From: a virus
IMG/VR virus record: IMGVR_UViG_3300047552_000910
Span: 34,930 to 98,929 of that record
Strand: one strand, 5' to 3'
DNA length: 64,000 nucleotides
Positions 18,505-28,172 of this stretch are shown here, one piece after another. The stretch's first letter is position 1; each line of letters starts with the position of its first letter. The notes below the pieces were generated by a model that was given only the letters and a program-made list of their open reading frames with translations, made no database searches and was not told where the DNA came from. Made by a program: the position numbers and the translations under genes.

Positions 18505-18918
18505 TTAATCCTCCTGCGTCGGTTCGTATTTTACATGTTTTCGTGGAGAGTCGCGTTGCTCGTCGTGATATGCTCTATAATCCGCGTCTTCGTCATCTTT
18601 ATCTTTACTTAATGCTTTACCAATGAGGGCATTAGCAACCCATGCCCCCATGTAGCCAATAAAATACCATTCTGATAAGTTATCAGATATTATCAAATAT
18701 ACAAAACCCCAGGTACTAACAATCCATGCTCCGAACCTAGAAATTTTTCTTTCGTTTAATTTACCGTTAACTGCTATTAAATCTATTACTTCTATATCGT
18801 TTTTATTGTTTCTGTTTTGTGCCCATAAAAAAATGATTGTTCCTAGGACAAAAAAACCTAAAATAATATACATTATATCATTTGAGGTTAATAGTCCGTT
18901 GACGATTTTATCGAACAT
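18505..18918 (-). CDS. Putative holin
   Basis: Multiple TM segments, charged C-terminal tail, within lysis cluster. Confidence 0.5.
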   Translation of the reverse strand: MFDKIVNGLLTSNDIMYIILGFFVLGTIIFLWAQNRNNKNDIEVIDLIAVNGKLNERKISRFGAWIVSTWGFVYLIISDNLSEWYFIGYMGAWVANALIGKALSKDKDDEDADYRAYHDEQRDSPRKHVKYEPTQED

Positions 18919-19181
18919 TATTTAACAGAATCGAATATTTTCTTTTGTTCTTTATGCCAGGCAATCCAAGCATCGACTTTTAAACTGCATTCATAGTATT
19001 TAGAATAGTTTATAGTAACTACATCTAATACTTCACTTAACTTTGTTGTTTTATTATCAGTTAATACCAATTCTCCGCACGGAGCAGTTAAACTAGGCGG
19101 AATATCTGGAAAATTTCTATTAACAGGGGCAGTTAGGCACCCACTTAATAGCATACACGGTAAAATGATTAAATATTTCAT
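18918..19181 (-). CDS. Putative o-spanin (Rz1-like lipoprotein)
   Basis: LLSGC lipobox, Pro-rich N-part, C-terminal Y.EC...W; follows i-spanin. Confidence 0.7.
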   Translation of the reverse strand: MKYLIILPCMLLSGCLTAPVNRNFPDIPPSLTAPCGELVLTDNKTTKLSEVLDVVTINYSKYYECSLKVDAWIAWHKEQKKIFDSVK

Positions 19182-19612
19182 TTCTTTTTTGGTTTTTTTG
19201 CCGAAGAATTAAGAATATCAACTACTTCGGGTGAAATTGTACATTTAGCATCTATTTTTGAAGAAACGTTTCGTATTTGTGCCTGGAGAGACTGCCGCAT
19301 TTCTGTAACAGACTGTAAAGCAGCCATAAATTCATGATCTATCCTAGAATTAGCCTCCTCGGCTTGTTTTTCCGATATTGCAATCTTTAATTCTAATTCT
19401 GCAATCGCTGCTTTATATTCAGCGTCTTTTGCAATGCCGCCTTCGTACCACACGCTAATAACAGTCAGTAAAATTCCTAAGAGTTGAATTGGTAAGTTAT
19501 ACGTCGAAATAAAAGGTACAAATGTTAGTACAATGCTAGCAATTATCAGCAAAATGCCAATAATTAACATTATATGAACTACAAAAGCAGGTAAAAAGTT
19601 TAAAATCCACAT
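19178..19612 (-). CDS. Putative i-spanin (Rz-like)
   Basis: N-terminal TM helices then coiled coil; between endolysin and lipoprotein. Confidence 0.6.
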   Translation of the reverse strand: MWILNFLPAFVVHIMLIIGILLIIASIVLTFVPFISTYNLPIQLLGILLTVISVWYEGGIAKDAEYKAAIAELELKIAISEKQAEEANSRIDHEFMAALQSVTEMRQSLQAQIRNVSSKIDAKCTISPEVVDILNSSAKKPKKK

Positions 19613-19613
19613 T

Positions 19614-20243
19614 TTAAGCAAGTATTTGTTTAATTTTTTGATACAATTCCAATCTAGAATTGAGTCCAATTGTGCCACCGTTAATTTTCTTTGTTAACCC
19701 GAGCATATCTCCCTTGTCAGCTAATGGATTTAAGTTATTTTCCTCCCAAAACCAAGCTGCTGCTTGTATTGCTCCTTCGTATGTGCCTAAATAAGCAGGT
19801 ATTTCTTCTAATGGAGTATCGATTGATTGTGCAAACGCTTTATAATTATTTTTGCCTGTTATTTGTAAAATACCTCGCCCACGATATCGATATCCATCTC
19901 CGGATGCTTCATCACCATTACCCATTCTATTACTGTATACTTTATTAGCAATTTTTTCTGGTTTATGAGCATATCGATTTGCGTCTGCTAATGTAGGAAA
20001 ATACTTAGGGAATACTTTTCTTAACGTTTCTGCCCGATAATTTAAATTTTCTGATAATACTGTGAAATTTATGCTTTCATGCGCAGTTTGCGCTAAAAAT
20101 GCTGAGACCCGTGGTTTAGTATTGATCTCATAATCAGGTAATATTTTGATTAGCGCAATATACCATTTATCTACATTATTATTACCCGCTAAAATTTTTG
20201 ATAAATCAGCAATGCTAAAATCGAAGTCAAATTCCGTAGTCAT
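19614..20243 (-). CDS. Endolysin, glycoside hydrolase family 19
   Basis: FLAQTAHES, ENLNY, DGYRYRGRGILQITGKNNY, TKKINGG. Confidence 0.9.
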   Translation of the reverse strand: MTTEFDFDFSIADLSKILAGNNNVDKWYIALIKILPDYEINTKPRVSAFLAQTAHESINFTVLSENLNYRAETLRKVFPKYFPTLADANRYAHKPEKIANKVYSNRMGNGDEASGDGYRYRGRGILQITGKNNYKAFAQSIDTPLEEIPAYLGTYEGAIQAAAWFWEENNLNPLADKGDMLGLTKKINGGTIGLNSRLELYQKIKQILA

Positions 20244-20974
20244 ACTTTCTCCAATGCTACTGCATAATTATTTGTTTCAAAGATGTATGTATTATTAATT
20301 TTATTAATATTATACGGACCAATATATTTGGTTAGATATAGTACATCAGCTATATCTTTATGTTCTAACATAATAGGTCCTTTAATTTTACTGTATACTT
20401 CTTTTGATGTGCCGCTTGTAATTATATTAAACATTATTGGTGATTTATTACCGTTTCTAAATATAATAGACTCGTCTAATAGTGTAATATCATCGACAAA
20501 GCTATTATCAAAGAAATTAATAAAATTTTCTAATACATTACGATTAGTAGCATCTTCATATTGGTTTTTATCTAAAGGAACTACTTTTATTAAATTTTCC
20601 TTAGTGGCTGCATGGCTTTTAAAATTTTTGAAGTATCTAAACCGCATATCTTCGATACCTGTTAGTTGTTCAATACCTTTTAGTAGTTTTAAGATATAAT
20701 CAACTGCATGACGATTTCGTTCAAGCTCGACAAATACAATATAATCACCGTCATCTGTTTCCCCGGCACTAACATCGGCATCCAATACAAAATCATACCC
20801 CATTTCTATAAAGTTTTCTAGATCCTTAGCAGGATCTTCGTATTGAACTATAAAGTTCAGCACCATAATATCTTCATCATCGCCAATTTTGCTCTTATAA
20901 GCATCTATGCCAAAAACTTTTTTGACTAAATTATTAAGATCGTTTGCTCGTAAGTTTTCTACAATTTTTGTCAT
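20240..20974 (-). CDS. Hypothetical protein
   Basis: 244-aa ORF, coupled to neighbours. Confidence 0.65.
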   Translation of the reverse strand: MTKIVENLRANDLNNLVKKVFGIDAYKSKIGDDEDIMVLNFIVQYEDPAKDLENFIEMGYDFVLDADVSAGETDDGDYIVFVELERNRHAVDYILKLLKGIEQLTGIEDMRFRYFKNFKSHAATKENLIKVVPLDKNQYEDATNRNVLENFINFFDNSFVDDITLLDESIIFRNGNKSPIMFNIITSGTSKEVYSKIKGPIMLEHKDIADVLYLTKYIGPYNINKINNTYIFETNNYAVALEKV

Positions 20975-21562
20975 TTACATCATTCCTGGAACTGGTGTGG
21001 GCGGCATGCCTCCTGCAACGGGCGCGCCGGTTGGAGAAGGTGGCATTCCTGGTACAGGCGGCGTGGGTGGTACTGGTGCATTTCCAGGAGCCGCGATATT
21101 ATCAACAGGTGTACCCAACGATTCTTCGTTGTCATTGCGTAATTTGTCCATATAGCCTTTATACATATCAAATGCCAACTTTTTAGGCATCATAATATTA
21201 ACAAGCCAAATTGGCTTACGTTCTAATTTTCCTTTTTTAGTTCCTGGCCTAAAATCGTTTTCGGTTTTAATCGGAACTGGTTCTATCAGGTGTGATTGTT
21301 CGTACTTAACCTTGCAGCCGATATCTAGTAACCGTTCGGCACCTGTAGGGTCAGGCATTTTTAATTTTGGCCACATAAATGCTACAGATATCCAATGTCT
21401 GTCTACTTGCGGACCATATGCCAATTCACCGTCTTCCCAGTTATCATAAGCATAAATATCCATTTCATCTAATACTCGTTCGAAGTCTTTTAAAACAGCG
21501 AGATTAGAGTTGTTTTCGTATAAATCTTGTATATTTTCAATTACATCTAGAATGTCGTGCAT
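20975..21562 (-). CDS. Hypothetical protein with Pro-rich C-terminus
   Basis: 195-aa ORF behind a late promoter. Confidence 0.65.
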   Translation of the reverse strand: MHDILDVIENIQDLYENNSNLAVLKDFERVLDEMDIYAYDNWEDGELAYGPQVDRHWISVAFMWPKLKMPDPTGAERLLDIGCKVKYEQSHLIEPVPIKTENDFRPGTKKGKLERKPIWLVNIMMPKKLAFDMYKGYMDKLRNDNEESLGTPVDNIAAPGNAPVPPTPPVPGMPPSPTGAPVAGGMPPTPVPGMM

Positions 21563-21587
21563 AATTAATCCTGTTGAGCATTATGAG

Positions 21588-21599
21588 TATTTACCTGTT
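21588..21599 (-). promoter_or_regulatory. Putative late promoter AACAGGTAAATA
   Basis: Second identical copy, 26 nt before the ATG. Confidence 0.7.
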
Positions 21600-21618
21600 T
21601 CGACACGCTAGTCGTGGA

Positions 21619-21646
21619 AAAAGGTGAATGTATGCATTCACCTTTT
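21619..21646. terminator. Intrinsic terminator
   Basis: aaaaggtgaatg-tatg-cattcacctttt hairpin with A/T tails after the clamp loader. Confidence 0.75.
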
Positions 21647-21652
21647 AATTTG

Positions 21653-22576
21653 CTAGTTCAAGTAACTTAATTTTATCAAGCAAGCTGCCATATTTATTTC
21701 AGAATCTGCACAAATAACATGATCCACTAATGCTTGTTTAATGATAAGGGTTGCTTTATTTTGTTTCTCTTCGTCTCCAAATAAGGAAATATTATTGTAG
21801 AGCCATACATAGATATCTTGCATTTCTTCCGGGCGAGCAGTCCCGCAAATTAGTTTTCTTGCTTCGGTAATCTTGCCTGCCTTAAATAATTCAACCATTT
21901 TAATCTTATAATCGGCCGTAGTATTATCCGATGATTCTGGAACCATCAGTTTCTTATTAACGCTATTCAATTGTACATTATTAATACATTTGCGTAAATC
22001 TGGGTAAGTACCTTTAACAAAAGTATCGAGTGTATCTAAATCAAATTCGATATCTTCAGAAATCAATATCTGTGCTGTTCGTGCAGTAAATTCATTTAAA
22101 TCTAATTTTTCTATATGAAACCCTTGACAACGAGAATGTATAGCAGGAATAACCCTATTAGGATAATTTGCTGTGAATATGAATCTAGTAGTAGCGTGAT
22201 GCGCTTCCATAACTCCGCGCAGTGCCGCCTGAGCCGCAGTTGATAAAAAATCGCATTCGTCCAAAAAGATTACATTAAAATCACCAAACGGTATCAGTTG
22301 TGCAAAATTTACAATTTTATTACGGACATCATCAACCGAATTAGTTCTACTAGCATTTATTGCTAATACATCTAGGTTATTAATTTGTAATTCGTTAATT
22401 AATATTTGGGCAAGACAAGATTTTCCTGTTCCTTGAACACCCGAAAAAATACAATTCGGAATTGACTGTTGTGTAATCCATTCCATTATTTGAGCTTTTT
22501 GTTGTTCATCTTTAAAAACATACTCGTCGATTGTTTTGGGTCTGTATTTTTCAACCCAAAGATCTTTAATTGCCAT
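21653..22576 (-). CDS. Clamp loader subunit (RFC small subunit / T4 gp44-like AAA+)
   Basis: LWVEKYRP, GVQGTGKS, INAS, LDECD, SRC motif, PDLRKCIN. Confidence 0.9.
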   Translation of the reverse strand: MAIKDLWVEKYRPKTIDEYVFKDEQQKAQIMEWITQQSIPNCIFSGVQGTGKSCLAQILINELQINNLDVLAINASRTNSVDDVRNKIVNFAQLIPFGDFNVIFLDECDFLSTAAQAALRGVMEAHHATTRFIFTANYPNRVIPAIHSRCQGFHIEKLDLNEFTARTAQILISEDIEFDLDTLDTFVKGTYPDLRKCINNVQLNSVNKKLMVPESSDNTTADYKIKMVELFKAGKITEARKLICGTARPEEMQDIYVWLYNNISLFGDEEKQNKATLIIKQALVDHVICADSEINMAACLIKLSYLN

Positions 22577-22608
22577 GACGGCTCCTGATAATTGATTTAT
22601 TGTTTAGA

Positions 22609-22642
22609 AAAAGTATTGAGGTCTTAAGACCTCAATACTTTT
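22609..22642. terminator. Perfect 34-bp palindrome, probable bidirectional terminator
   Basis: aaaagtattgaggtctt|aagacctcaatactttt. Confidence 0.7.
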
Positions 22643-22928
22643 ATAGGCTATTTAATTGTGAAAATAATTCTTTAATTCGGCTAGTGTGTTCGTCAAGTGT
22701 ACCCGAGGAACAAATCGCCCAAGTTGTTGGGACTTTAAAACAGTTCTTAATATTTCGATTTCCTGTAGTAAACACTTGCATTTCTACCGAATAAGTAGAA
22801 GAAATTATTAATTTTCTACAACTTCCAGCCCGTTGGCGTTTCCATTCGTAACTAAGTAATTGGCAGCCAAGCCAACCATGTGATTGATAATAAACATTAT
22901 CGACTACATATAATATACGATTAATCAT
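22641..22928 (-). CDS. Hypothetical protein
   Basis: 95-aa ORF filling the gap between neighbours. Confidence 0.4.
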   Translation of the reverse strand: MINRILYVVDNVYYQSHGWLGCQLLSYEWKRQRAGSCRKLIISSTYSVEMQVFTTGNRNIKNCFKVPTTWAICSSGTLDEHTSRIKELFSQLNSL

Positions 22929-22929
22929 A

Positions 22930-23793
22930 TTAGAACCAACTAGTTACAAACAAGTATAGCACACCACCAATACTTTGTACATACAAGCTCACAGTTTCGT
23001 TAGTTCTTGGGCTAATTGACAAGTTATATCCGTCTGCCCATTTTAACGGTGCCGCGGAATCTACCGTTATGGTATTTGTTCCGTTAGTTGACGAAGTTAA
23101 CAATAATAAGCATTCCCCGTATTGGCTAGCACCTAATGCATTTATTGAAATCGCGCCACCTGTGTATATCACATTGGCTGTATAAACATTGATACCAGTT
23201 AATGCAGGTGTAATTTCAACCCCGCCAACATTGCCAAGGTTAGTCACTAACCGTGTATATTGCGGCCCAACTACTCCTTGAATTCCTTGTAAGCCGATTG
23301 ACCCTTGCGAGCCTAGTACTCCTTGAATTCCTTGCAAGCCAGAGGGCCCAGTTGTGCCGGTGTTGCCGGTTTGCCCAAAGAATCCTTGAAGTCCTTGCAA
23401 GCCCATTGCTGCATATTCTCCAGCAATGCCTTGTGCACCGGCTGGCCCAGTTTCTCCGAAGAATCCTTGAAGTCCTTGCAAGCCTATTGCTGCATATTCT
23501 CCAGCAATGCCTTGAGCACCCATTATGCCTTGCGCACCGTCTGCGCCCATTGCTGCATATTCTCCAGCAATGCCTTGTGCGCCGGCTGGCCCACGTTCAC
23601 CAGGCAAGCCTTGCTGGCCAGTAGCACCTTGCAATCCAGTTTGAAAAAGCTGTAACTCTGAAATTTCAGTTTTAGCTGCGGAAAATGCTGTTTTAATTGA
23701 TTGAAAATTACTTCTAAAACCAGCCGACGAGTTATCTCTGCCTTCTATTGGAAATGCTTCATCTATATCATCATAATTAATTTGGCTTGCCAT
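22930..23793 (-). CDS. Collagen-like virion protein
   Basis: N-terminal FP..G.DN.S.GFR.NF..IK.....AK.EI..LQ anchor, Gly-X-Y repeats with three GAQGIAGEYAA units. Confidence 0.75.
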   Translation of the reverse strand: MASQINYDDIDEAFPIEGRDNSSAGFRSNFQSIKTAFSAAKTEISELQLFQTGLQGATGQQGLPGERGPAGAQGIAGEYAAMGADGAQGIMGAQGIAGEYAAIGLQGLQGFFGETGPAGAQGIAGEYAAMGLQGLQGFFGQTGNTGTTGPSGLQGIQGVLGSQGSIGLQGIQGVVGPQYTRLVTNLGNVGGVEITPALTGINVYTANVIYTGGAISINALGASQYGECLLLLTSSTNGTNTITVDSAAPLKWADGYNLSISPRTNETVSLYVQSIGGVLYLFVTSWF

Positions 23794-23801
23794 GGTATTT
23801 C

Positions 23802-24131
23802 CTAAATTCTAATTTGGCTAGGGTGAACTTTCGATGATATTAGGATACTATTTGTATCAACTTTTCTAATAGTAATGTCGTTGTTATTTTCTTCTACCAG
23901 AATGCCTCGTGACCATCTGCCGTGTTCAATTAAAACCCAGTCATTAACCTCTAAATCTTTTTGCGCAGGACCAATTGCCCACACTCGCCCCCATCGAGGA
24001 CGTATTCCTTCAGTTTTCCCGTCATCACTTCTTATAATAATACCAGATGCGGTAATTACTTCCCCGAAGTGCATATCAGCCACCAGAACAGTATCATTCA
24101 GCGGCTTGATTTTTCCTTTTATTGGTAACAT
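23802..24131 (-). CDS. groES: GroES-like co-chaperonin
   Basis: IKPLNDTVLV, TASGII, GRVWAIGP, V.DWVL. Confidence 0.75.
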   Translation of the reverse strand: MLPIKGKIKPLNDTVLVADMHFGEVITASGIIIRSDDGKTEGIRPRWGRVWAIGPAQKDLEVNDWVLIEHGRWSRGILVEENNNDITIRKVDTNSILISSKVHPSQIRI

Positions 24132-24393
24132 TTGCTATATTCTCTCGGATAGGTTGGTTTGTAACATTATTAGCAGGTGCGGATGTTCTAACATTTGATT
24201 GGGCAGGAATAACATTCTTATCACGTGTTACTTCTTCTCGCTTTCTAATAATTCTACCACCAGGACCTAGCTCGTCGCCGCGAGCATTAACGCGGGCATT
24301 TCCAATAGCCACTGTCATTTCATTTTGATTTAAAAGCTTATTCATGTCAATCTCTTTGCCTTGCATTGACCTATGAATTGTATGTACTTCCAT
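24094..24393 (-). CDS. Hypothetical protein
   Basis: SMQGKEIDM...AIGNARVNARGDELGPGG; late promoter upstream. Confidence 0.6.
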   Translation of the reverse strand: MEVHTIHRSMQGKEIDMNKLLNQNEMTVAIGNARVNARGDELGPGGRIIRKREEVTRDKNVIPAQSNVRTSAPANNVTNQPIRENIANVTNKRKNQAAE

Positions 24394-24412
24394 ATTTTTT
24401 CTCCGTATTTGA

Positions 24413-24424
24413 TATTTACCTGTT
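24413..24424 (-). promoter_or_regulatory. Putative late promoter AACAGGTAAATA
   Basis: Third identical copy. Confidence 0.7.
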
Positions 24425-24431
24425 AAGGTGC

Positions 24432-24932
24432 TTACCGTAAAAATTCTCTATAATCAAGATTATATTTTAAGCTATTAATTTTGTGAACGCCGATTTTATA
24501 TAAAACAAACGAACTAACGCTACTTCCTCGGCCAACTCCTATAATAATATTTCTTTTATTACAAGAATCTACAAAATACTTTAACCAGCGTAATAAGTCG
24601 ATCATATTTCTTTTTTCGAATTCTACCAACTCTTGATTGGCTCTAATAATTTCATCTGGTGAGGTACATTGTTGTATAACCCATTTTCGTATATTAAATG
24701 ATTTATATTCATCAGGAATAAACCAGTTATCTTGTCTTTCTTTATCAGACGAATATTGTAATATGTTTGTTTCATCGAATATGTCAAATTGAATATTCGA
24801 TACTTGCACCAATCTTTGAATATCTTCCGATGAAACTACTGTCAGTTGATTTAACTCCACATTATTTTGATATAATGCATTAAATATATCCGCCTCTTCG
24901 AAGACAACCGTATTATATTCATTTGTATACAT
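24432..24932 (-). CDS. DNA polymerase III alpha (DnaE)-like fragment
   Basis: R...EL.......M..LL.....FVD......I..GVGRGSSVSSFVLYKIGVH.I..LKY.L...EFLR matches the DnaE GRGS region. Confidence 0.75.
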   Translation of the reverse strand: MYTNEYNTVVFEEADIFNALYQNNVELNQLTVVSSEDIQRLVQVSNIQFDIFDETNILQYSSDKERQDNWFIPDEYKSFNIRKWVIQQCTSPDEIIRANQELVEFEKRNMIDLLRWLKYFVDSCNKRNIIIGVGRGSSVSSFVLYKIGVHKINSLKYNLDYREFLR

Positions 24933-24970
24933 TTATGTATTTTAAATGACTAATGTAAAAATATCAAATA

Positions 24971-25201
24971 TTAAGATATATGAATAAGATTATCGAGATC
25001 TTTGTTACGGCTATCAAATGATTTTTGTAGATCGATTTTACTTCGCTCATTTCGATGTTCCGTGTATGTTTGGAGTAATAATGCTATTTGCGACTTAACT
25101 CCTTGGTTGGTTGCCATAAAATACTTCGATGTGAGATCTGATATCTTAGCTTCCAATTGGGAGTCTTTAAGTTTTTCTAGATTTTCTATTAGAGGATGCA
25201 T
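24971..25201 (-). CDS. Hypothetical protein
   Basis: 76-aa helical ORF. Confidence 0.55.
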   Translation of the reverse strand: MHPLIENLEKLKDSQLEAKISDLTSKYFMATNQGVKSQIALLLQTYTEHRNERSKIDLQKSFDSRNKDLDNLIHIS

Positions 25202-25202
25202 T

Positions 25203-26399
25203 TTAATTGATAGTAATTATATCGTTTTTAAATATAATATGGTCGTCTACAACATACCGATTAACAACAAAATCTAATTGATTAAATGTAAATTTAGTAT
25301 CGGCCATATGTTTTTGTATATTTTTAACAATTTTAGTGCCACTTCCTGGCAAGCAATAGCATAATACCACGGAAGGAGTAAAACCCATTTCTTGTTTTGC
25401 TGTAAGTTGCGAGCTTCGCATCCAATACGGCAAATAGTTACGTTCAACATTTAATACTTCGTCGTTATTTCGCCAATCTCTAATTCTATTACGCCAATTA
25501 GTAATAGAATTAACGGAATATACAGTGGGTAGCGGATCTGATACTAAGTATTCTCCGTTATCTACACTTAAATAAACATTAGCTTTAACATTATTTCGAC
25601 TTGCGTCATTTAATTCATCAAAATCTCTAGTCCAGTATATATCACAATCGTTGTCTGCAGAAATTGGAGAGGTCACCATTGATGATAGTTTAACTCTATC
25701 AGGTAATGCAATGTTATTATATTCTAAAGAATCTTTCATTATTAGATAAACAACTTCGTATATTCCTATAGCAGGATTTGTTTGCGGTAAAACTGCTCTA
25801 GCTACTTTAAGTTGGCCGAATGTAAATCTCTTTGTTCTATTACCAGCCCGCATTGCACTAATATACTTTATTACATTAGTTTTTTCAACGCCCGCTAACA
25901 CTAACATATTAAGTTCTCGTTGAATACCGAATTGTTTATTATCTGGCTCGTATATATATTTTGGCGGGAAAATGTAATTGTTATTTATAAATTCATTCCA
26001 TATATTTCGTTGTTCTTTAGATAACAGCGGTTTAGCTATAACATTTTTATATGCAATGTTAATTACCGTGAACACAAATTCTTTATTAGCCGATTCGAAA
26101 TTATTAGGATCAATTGCTGTAACAGTAAATGTAAAGGTTGCATCTATATTAGTTGAGCTGTTGTCAAATGTAGTATTTCCTGAATCGAATTTAGTTATGC
26201 CTTCAGTATCATAATCATAAATTAAGTTTACTTCGCCGGAAATAATACCGTAAAGACTTAAATCTAAACCTGGAGGTAATTTGCCTGCTGCAATAGTATA
26301 AAAAACTAACCCGCTATTTGAAGTAGCAGTTAATATTTTAGTAACCGCCGTATTTGGCGTTAATATGCCTAAATCGGAATTAGTGATCCAAGATATCAT
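25203..26399 (-). CDS. Virion structural protein with putative Ig-like domain
   Basis: G.LPPGL.LS..G.ISG and TFTFTVTA.D Ig-like signature; T.FD...TTFD repeat. Confidence 0.6.
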   Translation of the reverse strand: MISWITNSDLGILTPNTAVTKILTATSNSGLVFYTIAAGKLPPGLDLSLYGIISGEVNLIYDYDTEGITKFDSGNTTFDNSSTNIDATFTFTVTAIDPNNFESANKEFVFTVINIAYKNVIAKPLLSKEQRNIWNEFINNNYIFPPKYIYEPDNKQFGIQRELNMLVLAGVEKTNVIKYISAMRAGNRTKRFTFGQLKVARAVLPQTNPAIGIYEVVYLIMKDSLEYNNIALPDRVKLSSMVTSPISADNDCDIYWTRDFDELNDASRNNVKANVYLSVDNGEYLVSDPLPTVYSVNSITNWRNRIRDWRNNDEVLNVERNYLPYWMRSSQLTAKQEMGFTPSVVLCYCLPGSGTKIVKNIQKHMADTKFTFNQLDFVVNRYVVDDHIIFKNDIITIN

Positions 26400-26419
26400 T
26401 AATAAGTTTACTCCAGCAA

Positions 26420-27910
26420 TTAACCGCGAATTACATAAAATGTAGCAGGGTCGGGTGTCGGTATAGCATCATATAGTGCTTGTGTTAATGAAATAATATT
26501 TGTAATTCTTGTTGCACCAGGCACCGAAGATATATCTGATACCACTTTTGTATCATTTAATATTTTACCTTGTGCTGCAGACAGTGCAGCTACAATGGAC
26601 GTACTGTCAAGTGAATTAATTACCGATATGGTAACTCCTTGGATGCCTTGTGTACCTTGTATGCCCTGAACACCTTGCGAACCAACGCCAGCATTGCCAG
26701 TTCTGCCGGTGCTACCTTGGATTCCTTGCATGCCATCGGCACCCTGTATACCAATACTGCCAGTGTCTCCGGTTGTTCCTTGTGTTCCTTGAAGTCCTTG
26801 TGTTCCTTGGAAACTTCTACCTTGCGTGCCTTGATTTCCTTGTAAACCTTGAATGCCTTGGACTCCTTGCAATCCGATTACACCGGATGTGCCAATTAAT
26901 CCTTGTAAGCCAATTAGTCCTTGTGTGCCGTCTATTCCTTGAATGCCTTGCCCTGCAAATAAGCCATCTATGCCTTGTAAGCCAATTAATCCTTGGAGTC
27001 CTTGGAGTCCAAGTTCTCCTTGGAGGCCAGTTTCGCCGGTATAGCCTTGTATTCCTTGTACGCCCTGTATGCCAGCTTGTCCGGTAGACCCGTCCAAACC
27101 TTGAAGTCCTTGAATACCTTGTCCTGCAAATAACCCATTAATACCTTGGGCACCGTCAAATCCCTGGACACCTTGCTCTCCTTGGAGTCCTTGTGTCCCT
27201 TGTCTTCCTTGGAGTCCTTGTGTCCCCTGCCTTCCTTGAATACCTTGAATACCTTGAATACCTTGAATACTTTGCGTTCCTTGCGTGCCTTGCGTTCCTT
27301 GCGTTCCTTGTAATCCTTGTCTGCCTTGCGTCCCTTGTAATCCTTGCCTACCTTGAACTCCAGTAAAGCCCTGAATACCTTGAATGCTTTGATTTCCTTG
27401 TACGCCCTGAACTCCTTGCGTACCTTGTGTTCCTTGCCTTCCTTGTACGCCCTGGCGACCTTGAATACCTTGTAACCCTTGTATGCCTTGAATACTTTGA
27501 ACACCTTGAATTCCTTGTATACCTTGTATACCCTGTATACCTTGGTTGCCGCGAGCACCTTGCGCACCTTGTTTTCCTTGAATGCCTTGTACACCTTGAT
27601 TACTTGATAACCCTTGCAAGCCTTGCAAGCCTTGTAGTCCGTACAAGCCTTGTAATCCTTGTATGCCTTGTATGCCTTGCAGTCCTTGTATGCCTTGTAT
27701 GCTTTGTATGCCTTGGAATCCTAATAACCCCTGGAGACCTTGGATTCCAAATACACCTTGCAAGCCTTGCGGCCCGGGTATTAGATGAACCCCGTCAATT
27801 ATGCCTTGCATTGATAAAAAATTATTATTAACCTTTTGGAATGCGGCGCGAACATTGTCGCCTGTGCCATCATTTGCATAATTGCCGATAAGAATAGGGT
27901 CTATTGTCAT
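26420..27910 (-). CDS. Long collagen-like fibre protein (Gly-X-Gln repeats)
   Basis: ANDGTGD.VRAAF.KVN.NF anchor; roughly 380 aa of G-X-Q; C-terminal AALSAAQGK.L and LTQA.YDA.....P.TFYVI. Confidence 0.8.
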   Translation of the reverse strand: MTIDPILIGNYANDGTGDNVRAAFQKVNNNFLSMQGIIDGVHLIPGPQGLQGVFGIQGLQGLLGFQGIQSIQGIQGLQGIQGIQGLQGLYGLQGLQGLQGLSSNQGVQGIQGKQGAQGARGNQGIQGIQGIQGIQGVQSIQGIQGLQGIQGRQGVQGRQGTQGTQGVQGVQGNQSIQGIQGFTGVQGRQGLQGTQGRQGLQGTQGTQGTQGTQSIQGIQGIQGIQGRQGTQGLQGRQGTQGLQGEQGVQGFDGAQGINGLFAGQGIQGLQGLDGSTGQAGIQGVQGIQGYTGETGLQGELGLQGLQGLIGLQGIDGLFAGQGIQGIDGTQGLIGLQGLIGTSGVIGLQGVQGIQGLQGNQGTQGRSFQGTQGLQGTQGTTGDTGSIGIQGADGMQGIQGSTGRTGNAGVGSQGVQGIQGTQGIQGVTISVINSLDSTSIVAALSAAQGKILNDTKVVSDISSVPGATRITNIISLTQALYDAIPTPDPATFYVIRG

Positions 27911-27935
27911 GGTATATCCTGAAATTCACTTATAG

Positions 27936-27947
27936 TATTTACCTGTT
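27936..27947 (-). promoter_or_regulatory. Putative late promoter AACAGGTAAATA
   Basis: Fourth identical copy. Confidence 0.7.
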
Positions 27948-27972
27948 ATTGGATAAAGCTAATTTTCTAATC

Positions 27973-28000
27973 AAAAAAATACCGCAAATGATTGCGGTAT
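27973..28000 (-). terminator. Intrinsic terminator of the queD unit
   Basis: ataccgcaa-atga-ttgcggtat stem followed by a U-run on the - strand. Confidence 0.75.
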
Positions 28001-28007
28001 GTTATAA

Positions 28008-28172
28008 TTAATTTGACCAGTGTTGAATAATTCCGGCAATAATAGTCAAGTTAGTAATTAAATATATTAGAATTATCATAGTTCGGACGATAGCAATTTT
28101 ATCGGCTTCGGCATCATCCGAACTTGCTTTTTCACCAAGGGACTTGGCCCATATTCTCCAAATTTGTTTCAT
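28008..28172 (-). CDS. Small membrane protein, 54 aa (not in ORF track)
   Basis: MKQIWRIWAKSLGEKASSDDAEADKIAIVRTMIILIYLITNLTIIAGIIQHWSN; ATGA-coupled to the queD stop. Confidence 0.7.
   Translation of the reverse strand: MKQIWRIWAKSLGEKASSDDAEADKIAIVRTMIILIYLITNLTIIAGIIQHWSN

Noticed and set aside
26639-27831. Long alternative-frame ORFs over the collagen gene (also 23253-23655, 40598-40798, 43810-44383)
   Set aside because: By-products of 9-nt periodic repeats that lack stops in other frames; low-complexity translations with no SD
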